Positions 1 to 12,023 are shown, counted from the stretch's first letter. The stretch: 64,000 bases of DNA from Planctomycetia bacterium (GCA_016191115.1 JACPPG010000038.1:32907-96906); one strand, 5' to 3'. Notes: a model not told the origin generated them from the letters alone. Translations and numbers: made by a program.

Positions 1-122
1 GTCCAAAACTCCCTTGCGGGTTGCATGGCTGGGCCGATCGGCGCCCCCAAGAGTAACGCCACGAGTGGCGCCACGATCAGCATCGTCCCCCAACCCGAAT
101 TGAAACCAGCGGCGGCGGCCAT
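1..122 (-). CDS. 5' part of a small membrane-anchored hypothetical protein (runs off window edge); reading frame ambiguous
   Basis: ATG at 122..120 gives MAAAAGFNSGWGTMLIVAPLVALLLGAPIG. The neighbouring frame from TTG 129..127 gives MNDGRRRWFQFGLG, the N-terminal motif also seen in the ORFs at 12054 and 53031. A C5 (G5 on coding strand) run at 87..91 separates that motif from the hydrophobic segment. Confidence 0.3.
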   Translation of the reverse strand, partial: MAAAAGFNSGWGTMLIVAPLVALLLGAPIGPAMQPAREFW

Positions 123-164
123 CGTTCAAGTCAGTTCGATCTCAACGCACTAGCATCTGAAATC

Positions 165-1034
165 TCACATCTGAGATTTGAAATCGTTTGCGCCCGCCCC
201 CACGCGGCAGTGGTCCAGCATCTCCGCGGGCGTCGTCACGTAGCTCATGTAGAACGGGCCGAATTGGGCGTAGCGGGCGCTCGCTTCGTCGAAACGCATC
301 GTGTACACGATTTCCTTGAGCATCGCCGGGTTGCGGGCCCACAGCGTGACTCCCCATTCCCAGTCGTCCAGGCCCACGGCGACCGTGATCAATTGCGTGA
401 CGCGTCCGCCGAACTTCATGCCGCTGCGGCCGTGCTCGGCCATCAGCTTGCCGCGGGCGGGGAAATCCAACAAGAACCAGTTCTCCCCCACCTCGCGCTT
501 CTTGTTCATCGGGTAGAAGCAGGTGTTGGGCCAGGGGGGCAATTCGGGCGTGAGCCGCTGGCGGCGCATCATCTCCTCACGGCTTTCGTACGCCTTCAGC
601 TTCGCCTTGTATGCCGGGCCGTTCGGGTCCTCCCCCTCCTCGACAAGCCGCTGGCCGTATTGCTCGACTGTGGGCACGTACTCCGACACCTCGGTCAGAG
701 ACACGAAGGAGTACGTGGGCACGAGCACCGGCCCGAGGCGGCTGGCCATGAGCCGTTGGTGCACGCCGTCGATTACGAAGGGTGATGGATCGAGCAGCAT
801 GAGCCCGAAGTCGGCCTTGTGCCCGGCCACGATCGAAGTTTGCAGCCGCTTGGGGGCATCGGGCCCGGCGGAATCGAGCACGGCGATGATTTCCTGGCGG
901 CTGGCCTGGACATCGGCCGCGGGCATCGCGGCGAGCGCGGCCCGATCGAAGCGATAATACAGATGGCTGCAATGCCAGCCCTCGGTGGGCACAAACGAGA
1001 CTTCGGAGCCGGATTCAGGCGGGGCGTGCGACAT
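165..1034 (-). CDS. chlorite dismutase family protein (HemQ/ChdC-like)
   Basis: ORF 165..1157. An internal ATG at 1034 gives MSHAPPESG. Motifs VPTEGWHCSHLYYRFD, FYPMNKKR, WEWGVTLWA are typical of the Cld/HemQ fold. Confidence 0.8.
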   Translation of the reverse strand: MSHAPPESGSEVSFVPTEGWHCSHLYYRFDRAALAAMPAADVQASRQEIIAVLDSAGPDAPKRLQTSIVAGHKADFGLMLLDPSPFVIDGVHQRLMASRLGPVLVPTYSFVSLTEVSEYVPTVEQYGQRLVEEGEDPNGPAYKAKLKAYESREEMMRRQRLTPELPPWPNTCFYPMNKKREVGENWFLLDFPARGKLMAEHGRSGMKFGGRVTQLITVAVGLDDWEWGVTLWARNPAMLKEIVYTMRFDEASARYAQFGPFYMSYVTTPAEMLDHCRVGAGANDFKSQM

Positions 1035-1312
1035 GGGCAATTCGATCGAGGGGCACGGAAGGATGTGCGTAACACCCCATGATAACAGACGCCGCGCAGC
1101 GGCGGAAATGCGCCTGGTCGAGCGGGTCTGTGGCGCCTTCGATCGAGTGTGTGCCACGGCTTCGATAGAAGCCGTGCGGCGTCGAGCAATGCGTCACGAT
1201 GCCCATTCTCGTCCGCCGCGATTCGCACTGCTTCTGCGAAGCAGTGGCACACGCCAGTGCACACGCAGTGGCACACAGTGACGCACGCGGACTCGTCGCC
1301 CGGACAAAAAGC

Positions 1313-1780
1313 TCACGCCACAACGGCCGAGAAATCGCCCACCAGCCGCAGGAAGACCTCGCGCGTGACGTGCGCGGGGATGATCTGCCGCACGTCGCCC
1401 GGCGCCTTCGCGTACCGGCACAGGCGCAACGCGCCGCCGCGGCGGATCACCAGCTCGTAGTAGCTCGTGCGGTCTTCGTCGCGCTGCGGAGGGCTGGAGC
1501 GCATCTGCACCACGCACTCGCCATGGTCGATTTCGACCGGGCTGATCGGCTCCAAAAGGTACGTCAGCCGGGCCGACAGCTTCTCGCCCAGCCGTTTTAG
1601 CTCGTCGGGCGTGGCGCCGGCCAGCCGATCGGTCGCCAGCGCGAACGACGTGAACGCGCAGGCCAGGGAGTCGATGGCTGCCAGGTCGCACGTGAACTCC
1701 TGCGACGCCTCCCGGGCTTCGATGCGTTGTCCCGCGGCCCCGGCAGCCAGCGCCGCCCGGACTTCTTCCACTAGTGTCAT
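1313..1780 (-). CDS. hypothetical protein
   Basis: ORF 1313..1831. The likely start is MTLVEEV (ATG 1780). No recognisable domain. The call rests on ORF length and on the absence of a better ORF on either strand at this locus. Confidence 0.5.
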   Translation of the reverse strand: MTLVEEVRAALAAGAAGQRIEAREASQEFTCDLAAIDSLACAFTSFALATDRLAGATPDELKRLGEKLSARLTYLLEPISPVEIDHGECVVQMRSSPPQRDEDRTSYYELVIRRGGALRLCRYAKAPGDVRQIIPAHVTREVFLRLVGDFSAVVA

Positions 1781-1860
1781 GGTCTCACCTCGATTCTTGC
1801 ATGCTGTCCCTTTAGCACGCATTCGCGTCATGTAGCAAAGGACTCACTGCGTGGCGTGCG

Positions 1861-2005
1861 GACGAATGTCTAATGTCTAAATTCAAATGTCTAAAGAAAT
1901 CCGAAATCCGAAGATCGAATGACGAAGAAAGGGCCCTTTGTTCCGCGTTTCGTCCTTCGGTCATTCGGATTTCTTTAGACAATTGGCTTTCGACATTCGT
2001 CATTC
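1861..2005. repeat. AT-rich word palindrome (GACGAATGTC family), putative terminator after spoVR
   Basis: gacgaatgtc (1861-1870) pairs with gacattcgtc (1992-2001). tctaaagaaatccgaa (1891-1906) pairs with ttcggatttctttaga (1964-1979). The centre is aaagggcccttt. About 35% GC in its first 60 nt against a mid-60s% background. Confidence 0.85.
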
Positions 2006-2019
2006 CCAATGCTTCCGTG

Positions 2020-3546
2020 CTATTTCTTCGCTGCCTCCCCGGCCTGCGTCTGCGTGTGCTCCGACCCGTCGAAACTCAGCACCGTGGGCACGTTCTCGAG
2101 CAGCGTCTCGATGTGCACCGGGCGCGTCCACAGCCGCTCTAGGTTCTTGAGCGTGTCGCGGGCGTAGTCGAGCTGCAGGTCGACGCCGTTGTATTCGTGC
2201 GACAGGAACAGCTCGCCGCGGTTCTTGTAGTTGCCCTCGCGGACCGTGATCAGGGGCTGGCCGCGGTTGGTCAGGCTGAACAAGAGCCTCTGCTTGATCT
2301 TGGGGAACTCACGGCTCTCGATTTCATAGTAGTCGGCTTCCTGGTTGTAGCCAAAGGAAAAGAGCTTGTGCTCGCGGCAAAAATCCAAAGTCAGGAAGGT
2401 GTCGATGAAGGTCAGGTCGTTGTGGATGCGGCGAACTTCGAAGATCTTCTCGCGCCCCAGCCCTGTCTCGCGGTGCCAGTCGCGCTTGGCCGACAGGTTG
2501 TCGCATTCCTCGTATTCCTTGCCGAAGCGGCCGCGGTTCCAGCGGTCCTCGATATCGCGAAACAGCTCGATCCCCAGCTTGTACGGGTTCAGCCGGCCCG
2601 GCGAAGTGGCCATCGTGCCGGAGTGATGGTCGCAATAGTGAATCACGTCCTCGGGCGACAGGCCCTGGCGGGTCATGATCGTGGAGTGCCAGTAGCTGGC
2701 CCATCCCTCGTTCATGATCTTGGTCTGCGCCTGCGGGGCGAAGTAATAGGCCTCGTCGCGCAACATCGATAGCACGTCGAGCTGCCAGTTCTTCAAGGGC
2801 GCGTTCTCGAGCACGAACAGCATGACGTCGCGCACGGGCTCGCTGGGGAAGCGCTCTTCCTCGGCGCGCTTCTGCTTCTGGGCCTCGACGTCGGCCTCTA
2901 GCGCCGCTTGTGGATTCACGAACGGGTCCATGTAGCTCTTGGCGTGGAAGCGGCCGGGCTGCGGGGCGTCTTCCTCGTCGCCCGCGGCGTTCAAGTCGAA
3001 CTTGCGCCGCTGCTCTTGCCGCTTGATGAACGGCGAATGGGCGTCGATCAAATCCTCGATGCTCAGACAGCAGTCGATGAATTCCTCGACCGCTTCGACG
3101 CCGAACCGGTCCATGTACCGCCGAATCCGGTTCCCGTGGTTCGCCATGTGGTCCATCATCTTGCGGTCGGTGTGGGCGAACCAGGCGTTGTTCTTGAAGA
3201 AGTCGCAATGCCCGTACACGTGCGCCATCACCAGCTTCTGGTCCGTTAGCGCGTTGGACTTCATCAGGTAGGCGTAGCACGGGTCGTTGTTAATCACCAG
3301 CTCGTAGATCTTCTGCAGCCCGTAGGCGTAGCCCTTGGCGAGCTGCTCGTACTCCATGCCGAAGCGCCAATGCGGATAGCGGGTTGGGAAACCGCCGTAG
3401 GCCGCGATGGCATTGAGTTGATCGCAGTCCACCACCTCGAAGATGGTGTGGTAGAAGTCCAGCCCGTGGCCGCGGGCGTATTCCTCGATCTGCACCTGCA
3501 ACTCGGCCAGGTCCGCCGGCAGGGTGGTATCGGTGTGCATCGCCAT
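2020..3546 (-). CDS. SpoVR/YcgB family protein
   Basis: 508 aa with YGGFPTRYPHWRFGMEYEQL and the overall SpoVR layout. Last gene of the prkA-yeaH-spoVR triad. Confidence 0.9.
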   Translation of the reverse strand: MAMHTDTTLPADLAELQVQIEEYARGHGLDFYHTIFEVVDCDQLNAIAAYGGFPTRYPHWRFGMEYEQLAKGYAYGLQKIYELVINNDPCYAYLMKSNALTDQKLVMAHVYGHCDFFKNNAWFAHTDRKMMDHMANHGNRIRRYMDRFGVEAVEEFIDCCLSIEDLIDAHSPFIKRQEQRRKFDLNAAGDEEDAPQPGRFHAKSYMDPFVNPQAALEADVEAQKQKRAEEERFPSEPVRDVMLFVLENAPLKNWQLDVLSMLRDEAYYFAPQAQTKIMNEGWASYWHSTIMTRQGLSPEDVIHYCDHHSGTMATSPGRLNPYKLGIELFRDIEDRWNRGRFGKEYEECDNLSAKRDWHRETGLGREKIFEVRRIHNDLTFIDTFLTLDFCREHKLFSFGYNQEADYYEIESREFPKIKQRLLFSLTNRGQPLITVREGNYKNRGELFLSHEYNGVDLQLDYARDTLKNLERLWTRPVHIETLLENVPTVLSFDGSEHTQTQAGEAAKK

Positions 3547-3609
3547 GGCCGTGCCTCTTGCTTCAAGCGTGCCCGGCGGCCTGTTGCGCCGCCGGCGCGG
3601 CCTTGTCCC

Positions 3610-4719
3610 TTATTTGCCCTTCCCCAGAAACGCCTTGATCGAATCGTAGATGGCGTCCTTGTCCCGAATCTCCGACAACACCAGCTTGTCGCCGTGCTCC
3701 GAAACGCCCATCCGCAGCGAACGCATGTATTCGCCGCTGCCGTAGGGGCTCTCGACCTGCCCGTAACAAAATAGATTCGCCACCGGCAGCAATTGTTCGC
3801 GCAACAGGTGCAGGCTGGCCTCGTTGTCCTCCCCCCAGTTGTCGCCGTCGGAAAACTGGAAGCAGTAAATATTCCAGTCCGACGGGGGGAACTCGCGGGC
3901 GATCAAATCGGTGCACACCTTGTACGCCGAGCTGATCCGCGTGCCGCCGCTCTCCCGCGTGCGGTAGAACGTGTCCTCGTCGACCTCCTTGGCCGCTGCA
4001 TCGTGAATGATGTACCGCGTCTCCAAACCGTTGTACTGGCTCTTGAGCCAGGTATCGATCCAGAAGGCCTCGGTCCGCACGATCTGCTTCTGCTCGTCGG
4101 TCATCGAGCCGGAGACGTCCATCATGTAGATGGCCACGGCGCTGGCGTCGGGCTGCGGGATCTTGGTCCAGGAGCGGTAGCGTTTGTCCTCGCGGATCGG
4201 CACGACGCGGGGCTGGCCGAGATCGTAGGTGCTTGAGGAAATCTGCCGGCGCAGCGCTTGGATGTACGTGCGCTTGAAATGCCGCAACGACTCGGGCCCC
4301 AGGCGGCGGACGCTGGTGTAGCGGGTCTTTTCCTGGGTGACGTTGTTGCGTCCCTTGGGCTCGATGCGCGGGAGCTCGAGCTCGTCGCCGAGGATTTGGG
4401 CCAGCTCCTCGAGCGAGATATCGACTTCCAGGATATGCGCGCCCGGGTCGCTGCCGGCCTGTCCGCGGCCGTCCCCCTCCTCGCCTCCCGGCGCGATGGG
4501 GGTGCCGACTTCGCCTTCACCTTGCCCGACGCCGCCGGAGCCGTTCTTGCCGAAGCGGAAGTGCGGCACGTCCAATTGCGGGATGGGGATGCTGACCAGG
4601 TCGCGCCCCTGCCGGCCGATCATCTCGCCGTGCGTGACGTACTTCCGCAAGTTCTGGCGGATCTTGCCGCGGACGATCTGCCGGAACCGCGACTGGTCGC
4701 GCTCTACTTTCATGAACAT
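3610..4719 (-). CDS. YeaH/YhbH family protein (DUF444)
   Basis: ORF 3610..4776. [28 protein letters not shown] is a typical DUF444 N-terminus. The first 19 codons of the long ORF are encoded by a palindromic repeat, so I prefer ATG 4719 (or 4713). Confidence 0.85.
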   Translation of the reverse strand: MFMKVERDQSRFRQIVRGKIRQNLRKYVTHGEMIGRQGRDLVSIPIPQLDVPHFRFGKNGSGGVGQGEGEVGTPIAPGGEEGDGRGQAGSDPGAHILEVDISLEELAQILGDELELPRIEPKGRNNVTQEKTRYTSVRRLGPESLRHFKRTYIQALRRQISSSTYDLGQPRVVPIREDKRYRSWTKIPQPDASAVAIYMMDVSGSMTDEQKQIVRTEAFWIDTWLKSQYNGLETRYIIHDAAAKEVDEDTFYRTRESGGTRISSAYKVCTDLIAREFPPSDWNIYCFQFSDGDNWGEDNEASLHLLREQLLPVANLFCYGQVESPYGSGEYMRSLRMGVSEHGDKLVLSEIRDKDAIYDSIKAFLGKGK

Positions 4720-4755
4720 CGCCGTGCCATTTCCCCTGCCGCGCTGGGCGGCCTG

Positions 4756-4838
4756 TTGAAAAAGGGGGACAGGCACCTCGCCACGCGCGGAAGGTTGGGA
4801 AACCGGGGGCGGCTCGGAGCCAGTCCCCCCTTTTTCAA
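4756..4838. repeat. 83-bp intercistronic palindrome sharing the core of the 157-bp MITE
   Basis: TTGAAAAAGGGGGACAGGCACCTCG ... CGGAGCCAGTCCCCCCTTTTTCAA. The arms carry the same GGGACAGGCACC / GGAGCCAGTCCC core as the MITE hairpin. It lies between prkA and yeaH. Confidence 0.7.
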
Positions 4839-4844
4839 TAGGTG

Positions 4845-6890
<2,046 letters not shown>

Positions 6891-7583
6891 GGCGGCTACT
6901 CCACGACGTTTCCGTCGTTCCCCTAGCGCGGAGGCGGCGATCTTGATCCCCCGCTGTTGACGATGTTGCGCTGGTTACGGACTTGTTCCCCTCGGGCCGC
7001 GATCGCGCTGGGCGATCCCCCCGCTTCGCGGCCGGAACGTGGCGTCGGACTATCCATTCCTAGACCCCGTTGACCGAATTGTGTTCGTTGTGTCCATGGA
7101 CTCACCCAGCCGCGGCACGTTACCGTGCTTGGGGAAGCAACTGCCGGACCGCGCAGCGTGAAACGCTCAATCGCCTGAGCGACCGGATGGAAGGTTGGAA
7201 AAGAACGCCCGGTGCGGAAGTGAACCGAAGGCAGGCCGTGCCTCTGCTCTGGTGCCGAGATGCTGGACTTCCGGATCCCGCACCTCGCCTATCTCAACTT
7301 CAAGTATTGCTTCGATCCGCAATGGCGGCAATACATCCTTTAGGCCAGGCGCTCGGACGGGGGCCCAGGCCGTGGGCGGAGCGATCGCGCTGCAAAACCC
7401 TCCATGTGCTCGGGTTAGCAGTCCTATTTGCCGGCGAAATCGGCACCACACGACGCTAGCGGGGCTTCCACGGCCGCGATTTGAAACGTCCTCGGCAACC
7501 GTTTCGGGACCAAGAACCCCTAGGAAATCCAAGCCGCCACCCCGCCCGGCCCCAGCGCCACGGCTCCGCGGAGTTATCCCGCG

Positions 7584-7973
7584 TCACGCCAACAGTCGCT
7601 GGACGCTCTCCATCAGCCGGTCCATGGCGAACGGCTTGCGGATGTAGTCGTCGACGCCGAGCATCTCGGCGTACGCCTTGTGCCGGCTCCCCTCGTTGGC
7701 CGTGATCATGATCACCCGCATCGGCACCGGCCGCGTCCGCCGCAGCTTCTCCAGCACCAGGAATCCGCTCCGCTTGGGCATCATCATGTCCAGGATCAAC
7801 AGGTCGGGGTCCTCACGCTCGGCCATGGCAAGGCCCTGATTTCCATCGCGGGCGACGAGGATTTTGTAGCCGCGGGCCTCGAGCGCCAAGCGGATCGACT
7901 CGACGATTTCCGAGTCGTCGTCGACCAGCAGGATTCGTTTGGCGGCTATTTTTTCGGACTGTTCTGTTGTCAT
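7584..7973 (-). CDS. single-domain response regulator (CheY-like receiver)
   Basis: KRILLVDDDSEIVESIRLALEARGYKILVARDG ... DLLILDMMMPKRSG. ATG 7973 is preferred over the ORF start at 8054. Confidence 0.85.
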   Translation of the reverse strand: MTTEQSEKIAAKRILLVDDDSEIVESIRLALEARGYKILVARDGNQGLAMAEREDPDLLILDMMMPKRSGFLVLEKLRRTRPVPMRVIMITANEGSRHKAYAEMLGVDDYIRKPFAMDRLMESVQRLLA

Positions 7974-8072
7974 CGTTGTGTCCGCGTCTGGCACCGGAGT
8001 GTGGCTGGTGGCCCGCAAGCCATCAGGATTAGCCGAGATTGCGTCGGTTTGCAACCCGCCGCCGGCGAAAAC

Positions 8073-8200
8073 CAGGGCCGTTCACCGATTCAAGCTTGCC
8101 GGCGGCGCACCGGCGGGAAAGTGGGACAGGCACCGAGACGCAACGTTGGTCTGAAAGGACTTGCGCTGTTTATGCTCGGAGCCAGTCCCATTTTCCCGCC
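8073..8200 (+). mobile_element. 157-bp CAGGGCC MITE, copy A (3'-truncated)
   Basis: Begins CAGGGCCGTTCACCGATTCAAGCTTGCCGG. Matches the other copies up to CCCATTTTCCCGCC, then diverges. Confidence 0.85.
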
Positions 8201-8321
8201 GGCGCGCCGCTGCGCAGCTCGTGCGCGGTTCTCCCGATGCCTCGATCGGGTTACACTGCGAGCGCGATTTCGAGGGCAATCTTCGGCCCGTCGCGAACGA
8301 AGTGCTTGTAAGAGGACGCGT

Positions 8322-9503
8322 ATGCAGCCGCGAGTCTTGGTGTTGTCGGCTTCCGTGGGCGCCGGCCACGTGCGCGCGGCGGAAGCGGTCGAGCTGGCGC
8401 TGCGGCGGATCGCGCCGGACGTCGCCGTCGAGAACCGCGACGTGCTCGATTTCACCAATGCGGTCTTTCGCCGCGTCTACAGCCAGGCCTACCTGGACCT
8501 GGTCAACTACTTTCCGCACTTCGTGGGGTATTTCTACGACTGGCTGGAAGGGGACGGAGAGCTGCGGAAGCGAAAGCGCGACCGTCTGCGGCAGGCCGTG
8601 CAGAAGCTGAACCTGCGCGCCTTCGAGCGGTTTCTCACCGACCAGCAGTGGAACCTGGTCATCAATACCCACTTCCTCTCGGCGGAGCTCATCGCCACGC
8701 TCCGCAACCGCGGCGAGCTCGGCCTGCCGCAGGTCACCGTCTGCACCGACTTCGACACCCATCGGCTGTGGATCAACCAGCCCTGCGAGAAGTATTTCTG
8801 CGCGACGGACGAGGGATCGCTGCACCTGCAGCACTACGGCGTGCCGGCCGGCGACGTGGTGGTGACCGGCATCCCGATTCACCCCGTCTTCGCCACGCCG
8901 TGCGACCGCGCCGCGTGCCTGGCCCAGCAGGGCCTGATCGGCGACCGGCCGGTCGTTTTGCAGTTGTGCGGCGGCTTCGGCGTCGGCCCGGTCGAGGCCG
9001 TCTATCGCGGCTTGCTCGACGTGGCGATGCCGATCGAGTTGGCCGTCGTCTGCGGTCGCAACCAGGAACTCAAGGACGCTTTGGAAGCCCTGCCGGTGCC
9101 CGACCGGCACCGCGTCAAGATCATCGGCCTCACGCGCCAGATCGACCAGTTGATGGGCTGCGCTGACCTGGTGGTGTCGAAGCCGGGCGGGCTGACAACG
9201 TCCGAGATCCTCGCCCGCGGCGTGCCGATGGTCGTCGTCAATCCGATTCCCGGCCAGGAGAGCCGCAACAGCGACTACCTGCTGGAAAACGGCGCGGCGG
9301 TGAAAGTCAATCACGCCTGCACGCTGTCGGCCAAAGTGAGCGAGCTATTGGCCGATTCCGCGCGGCTGGCGCGGCTGCGCGAAGCGGCCCGCCGGCTGGG
9401 CCACCCGCAAGCGGCTTTCGACGTGGCCCGCCTGAGCCTGAAAGTGATCGGCATTGACGTAGCGGTGCCGCAGCCGGCCGTGAGCAGCACGAACGGTGAT
9501 TGA
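8322..9503 (+). CDS. MGDG synthase family glycosyltransferase (GT28, UgtP-like diacylglycerol glycosyltransferase)
   Basis: MQPRVLVLSASVGAGHVRAAEAV N-terminus. C-terminal SKPGGLTTSEILARGVPMVVVNPIPGQE motif. ATG at 8322 inside the longer ORF 7680..9503. Confidence 0.85.
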   Translation: MQPRVLVLSASVGAGHVRAAEAVELALRRIAPDVAVENRDVLDFTNAVFRRVYSQAYLDLVNYFPHFVGYFYDWLEGDGELRKRKRDRLRQAVQKLNLRAFERFLTDQQWNLVINTHFLSAELIATLRNRGELGLPQVTVCTDFDTHRLWINQPCEKYFCATDEGSLHLQHYGVPAGDVVVTGIPIHPVFATPCDRAACLAQQGLIGDRPVVLQLCGGFGVGPVEAVYRGLLDVAMPIELAVVCGRNQELKDALEALPVPDRHRVKIIGLTRQIDQLMGCADLVVSKPGGLTTSEILARGVPMVVVNPIPGQESRNSDYLLENGAAVKVNHACTLSAKVSELLADSARLARLREAARRLGHPQAAFDVARLSLKVIGIDVAVPQPAVSSTNGD

Positions 9504-9544
9504 CGCCCGGCGGCACTTGGAGATGATGAGTCGCGAGCGCGGTC

Positions 9545-9621
9545 GGGAGGGCGAGGCTCCCGCCGGGCCGGCACCCCGTGGACGACTCTGGTGTGCGGCT
9601 CGGCGGGAGCCTCGCCCTCCC
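9545..9621. terminator. GC-rich 21-bp-stem hairpin (GGGAGGGCGAGGCTCCCGCCG family)
   Basis: gggagggcgaggctcccgccg (9545-9565) is perfectly complementary to cggcgggagcctcgccctccc (9601-9621). Lies between the glycosyltransferase and the MFS gene. Confidence 0.6.
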
Positions 9622-9689
9622 GATATGTCCGCGCTGTTGCAAGTCTCCTCGCTGTCCACTGACCATCGTCACCATCGTCCACTGACCAC

Positions 9690-10934
9690 TTGCTCCCCGT
9701 GAATCGCCCGGTCCAACTCGCCGACTCGCCCGCCGCCGCGCCGCGCGCGCGCCCGCCGCTGCCCGCGAACGTCAAGCTCTTGGGAGTGACGAGTCTGGTG
9801 AACGACATCGCCAGCGAGATGCTCTATCCGCTCTTGCCGGCACTTCTAACCACGCTCTTAGGCACCGGCTACCGCCAGATTGGCCTGGCCGTGGGCATCA
9901 TTGAAGGCGCGGCCGAGGCCGTCTCCAGTGTCTTGAAGCTGTTCGCCGGCGGATGGTCGGACCGCACCGGACGACGCAAGGGTTGGATCGTCGTCGGCTA
10001 CGCCGCGTCGGCCGTGGCCAAGCCGCTGATGGGACTAATTGTCTATCCCTGGCAACTGCTGGCCTGCCGCGTCGGCGATCGGCTGGGAAAGGGGCTGCGC
10101 ACCTCCGCCCGCGACGCCGTGATTGCCGAGTCGACGCCGCCGGCCATCCGCGGCTGGGCCTTTGGCTTCCACCGCGGCATGGATCACATCGGCGCGGCGA
10201 TCGGTCCGCTGCTGGCCACCGGCTTCCTGTACTTGTGGCCCGACCGGTTGCAGACCTTGTTCCTGCTCTCGGCGATTCCGGGCACCGCGGTCATCGCGAT
10301 CCTGGCATTCGGGCTGCGCGAGCCACCGCACAGCGTTTCGGCCGCCGAGCCCTTCGCATTGTCGCTCGCGCCCTTTGAGCGCAACTTCCGGCTGTACTTG
10401 CTGTCGCTCGCCGTGTTCACGCTGGGCAATTCGAGCGACCTGTTTTTGCTCGCGCGCTCCGGCGAGCTGGGCGTCCCGGAGATGATGCTGCCCGTGATGT
10501 GGTTCGCTTTCCACGTCGCCAAGAGCACAGGCAACATGCTAGTGGGGCGCGTTGTCGAACGCGTCGGCGCGCGGCGGCTGATCTTCGCCGGCTGGTTGGC
10601 CTACGCGGTAGTCTATCTGGGCTTTGCCTTGGCCGACCGCGCGTGGCACGCCTGGGCGCTATTTCTCTCGTATGCGATCTTCTATTCGCTGACTGAGCCG
10701 CCGGAGAAGACGATTGTCGCGCAACTGGTGCCCGGCAACCGTCGAGGGCTGGCGTACGGCTGGTACAACTTCGCGATCGGCGTCGCGGCCCTTCCGGCCA
10801 GCCTGCTCTTTGGATTTCTGTACAAAGACTACGGCGCGCTCGCGGCGTTCAGCACCGGCGCCGGACTGGCAGTCGTGGCGGCCGTGCTGTTGACCGCGGT
10901 AAGGACAGAGCCGCGTAGCGGCGAAATCGCGTAG
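9690..10934 (+). CDS. MFS transporter
   Basis: 414 aa, about 12 hydrophobic segments, DRTGRRKG-type loop after TM2. TTG start at 9690 (GTG 9699 is an alternative). Confidence 0.8.
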   Translation: MLPVNRPVQLADSPAAAPRARPPLPANVKLLGVTSLVNDIASEMLYPLLPALLTTLLGTGYRQIGLAVGIIEGAAEAVSSVLKLFAGGWSDRTGRRKGWIVVGYAASAVAKPLMGLIVYPWQLLACRVGDRLGKGLRTSARDAVIAESTPPAIRGWAFGFHRGMDHIGAAIGPLLATGFLYLWPDRLQTLFLLSAIPGTAVIAILAFGLREPPHSVSAAEPFALSLAPFERNFRLYLLSLAVFTLGNSSDLFLLARSGELGVPEMMLPVMWFAFHVAKSTGNMLVGRVVERVGARRLIFAGWLAYAVVYLGFALADRAWHAWALFLSYAIFYSLTEPPEKTIVAQLVPGNRRGLAYGWYNFAIGVAALPASLLFGFLYKDYGALAAFSTGAGLAVVAAVLLTAVRTEPRSGEIA

Positions 10935-10954
10935 CCGTGGGTGTAAACCCACGG
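10935..10954 (+). terminator. short stem-loop directly after MFS stop
   Basis: ccgtgggt-gtaa-acccacgg, an 8-bp stem with a 4-nt loop and no U tract. Confidence 0.4.
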
Positions 10955-11109
10955 TCGGCGGCAAGAATCCATATCCTCAAGCCCCGCGAGGGGCGACATC
11001 GAATCCCGCTCTCGTGGTCCAATCGATCGTCTTAGCGACAGCCGAAACCTCGCTTCTTCGTGTTCTTCGTGCCGTCGTGGTTCGATCCTGATTTGATTCG
11101 GTTTGCGGA

Positions 11110-11529
11110 CTACGCACCGTCCCGCACGATCTCAAATGCCGCGGCGAGCTCGGGCGGGATCCGCGCCAAAGCCCGCGTGCCGAAATTCACGAACGCCCAT
11201 TCGGTCGAGGCGGTCGCCAGCACAGCGTCGTCCGCGCGGCGGATCATCTTGTAGCGCCGCAGGCAGGACAGTCGCTTGAAGTCGGCCACCCACGTGCGCA
11301 CCACCACCTCGTCTCCCTCGTAGGCGCTCGCCAGGTACTTGATCTCGTGGGCCCGCACCACGAAGCCGGCGCCGATCCGCTGGTACTCCTCGGCCGGCCA
11401 CCCCTGAGCGGCCGAATGCGCAAGCGCCGCCGCCAGCGCCCAGCGCAAGTACTCCAGGTTATTCACGTGCCCCAACCGATCGATGGCCTGCCGTGTGACA
11501 ATCAGATGATGTTCGTAGATGGCAGGCAT
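11110..11529 (-). CDS. acyl-CoA thioesterase, hotdog fold (YbgC/4HBT-like)
   Basis: 139 aa. IDRLGHVNNLEYLRW ... VRAHEIKYLASAYEGDEVVVRTWV is a typical 4HBT pattern. Confidence 0.85.
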   Translation of the reverse strand: MPAIYEHHLIVTRQAIDRLGHVNNLEYLRWALAAALAHSAAQGWPAEEYQRIGAGFVVRAHEIKYLASAYEGDEVVVRTWVADFKRLSCLRRYKMIRRADDAVLATASTEWAFVNFGTRALARIPPELAAAFEIVRDGA

Positions 11530-11725
11530 GCGGGGAGCAGTGATCAGTAATCAGTGGTCAGAGGCTGGAGATCGGAGGCTGGAGGCTTGAGGAAGAACGC
11601 TGGCACGGTCCTGTCCCGCCTTTCCTTCAGCCTGAAGTCTGAATCCTCCGCAGTGGCGATTGTTGAATATTTGCCCATTTGAACGGTTCTCATCGCTCGA
11701 CTCCAGCGTGCACGATGAAAGAGTA

Positions 11726-11820
11726 GGTTTGTCCGTCCTGGGAAGGGAACCGCCAAGGCGCCAAGGACGCCAAGAGGGGGCCTCGATCGCGTAGAATGGT
11801 TAGCTATGAGCGAAGCGTCT
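11726..11820 (+). repeat. copy 1 of a 95-bp direct duplication (promoter-like TAGAAT + ATGAGCGAAGCGTCT)
   Basis: Near-identical to 11973..12068 (2 substitutions + 1 indel by eye). TAGAAT at 11792-11797, ATG at 11806. The following ORF stops after 29 codons. Confidence 0.85.
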
Positions 11821-11948
11821 CGTCGTATTCCACGCGAACGACATCGCATACATTCTTTACTGCGCAATGTGGGGATTTCGGTGACGTGCTCATGATGATC
11901 GAAGCAGTAACCCCCATTCGGCGCCGCCGACTCCAATTCGGTTCGCTT

Positions 11949-12023
11949 TCTTGGCGATCTTGGCGCCTTGGCGGTTTGTCCGTCCTGGGAAAGGGAACCG
12001 CCAAGGCGCCAAGGACGCCAAGA
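11949..12023. repeat. CCAAGGCGCCAAGG word palindrome
   Basis: tcttggcgatcttggcgccttggcgg pairs with ccgccaaggcgccaaggacgccaaga. Same family as 53973..54045. Confidence 0.8.

Noticed and set aside
6923-7647. ORFs of 60-150 aa in the prkA upstream spacer (7070-7459+, 7195-7647+, 7167-7532-, 6923-7105-).
   Set aside because: They overlap one another in different frames, have no start context or recognisable motif, and have Arg/Pro/Gly-rich composition. I treat the region as non-coding leader pending transcript data.
11060-11105. GGTTCGATCC (11087-11096) and TCGAATCC (11010 region) strings resembling tRNA T-loops.
   Set aside because: I could not build an acceptor stem, D arm or complementary T stem around either string. 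The GTTCTTCGTG words nearby belong to the simple-word repeat class.
11604-11622. Sigma-54 promoter-like TGGCAC hits (11607, 7986, 29104, 60405 and several on the minus strand).
   Set aside because: Most lack the TTGC/-12 GC at the correct 10-nt spacing. The two that do keep a -12 GC lie inside coding sequence: 29104 at the end of the C13 gene with no downstream plus-strand gene, and 60405 within 59844..61694.
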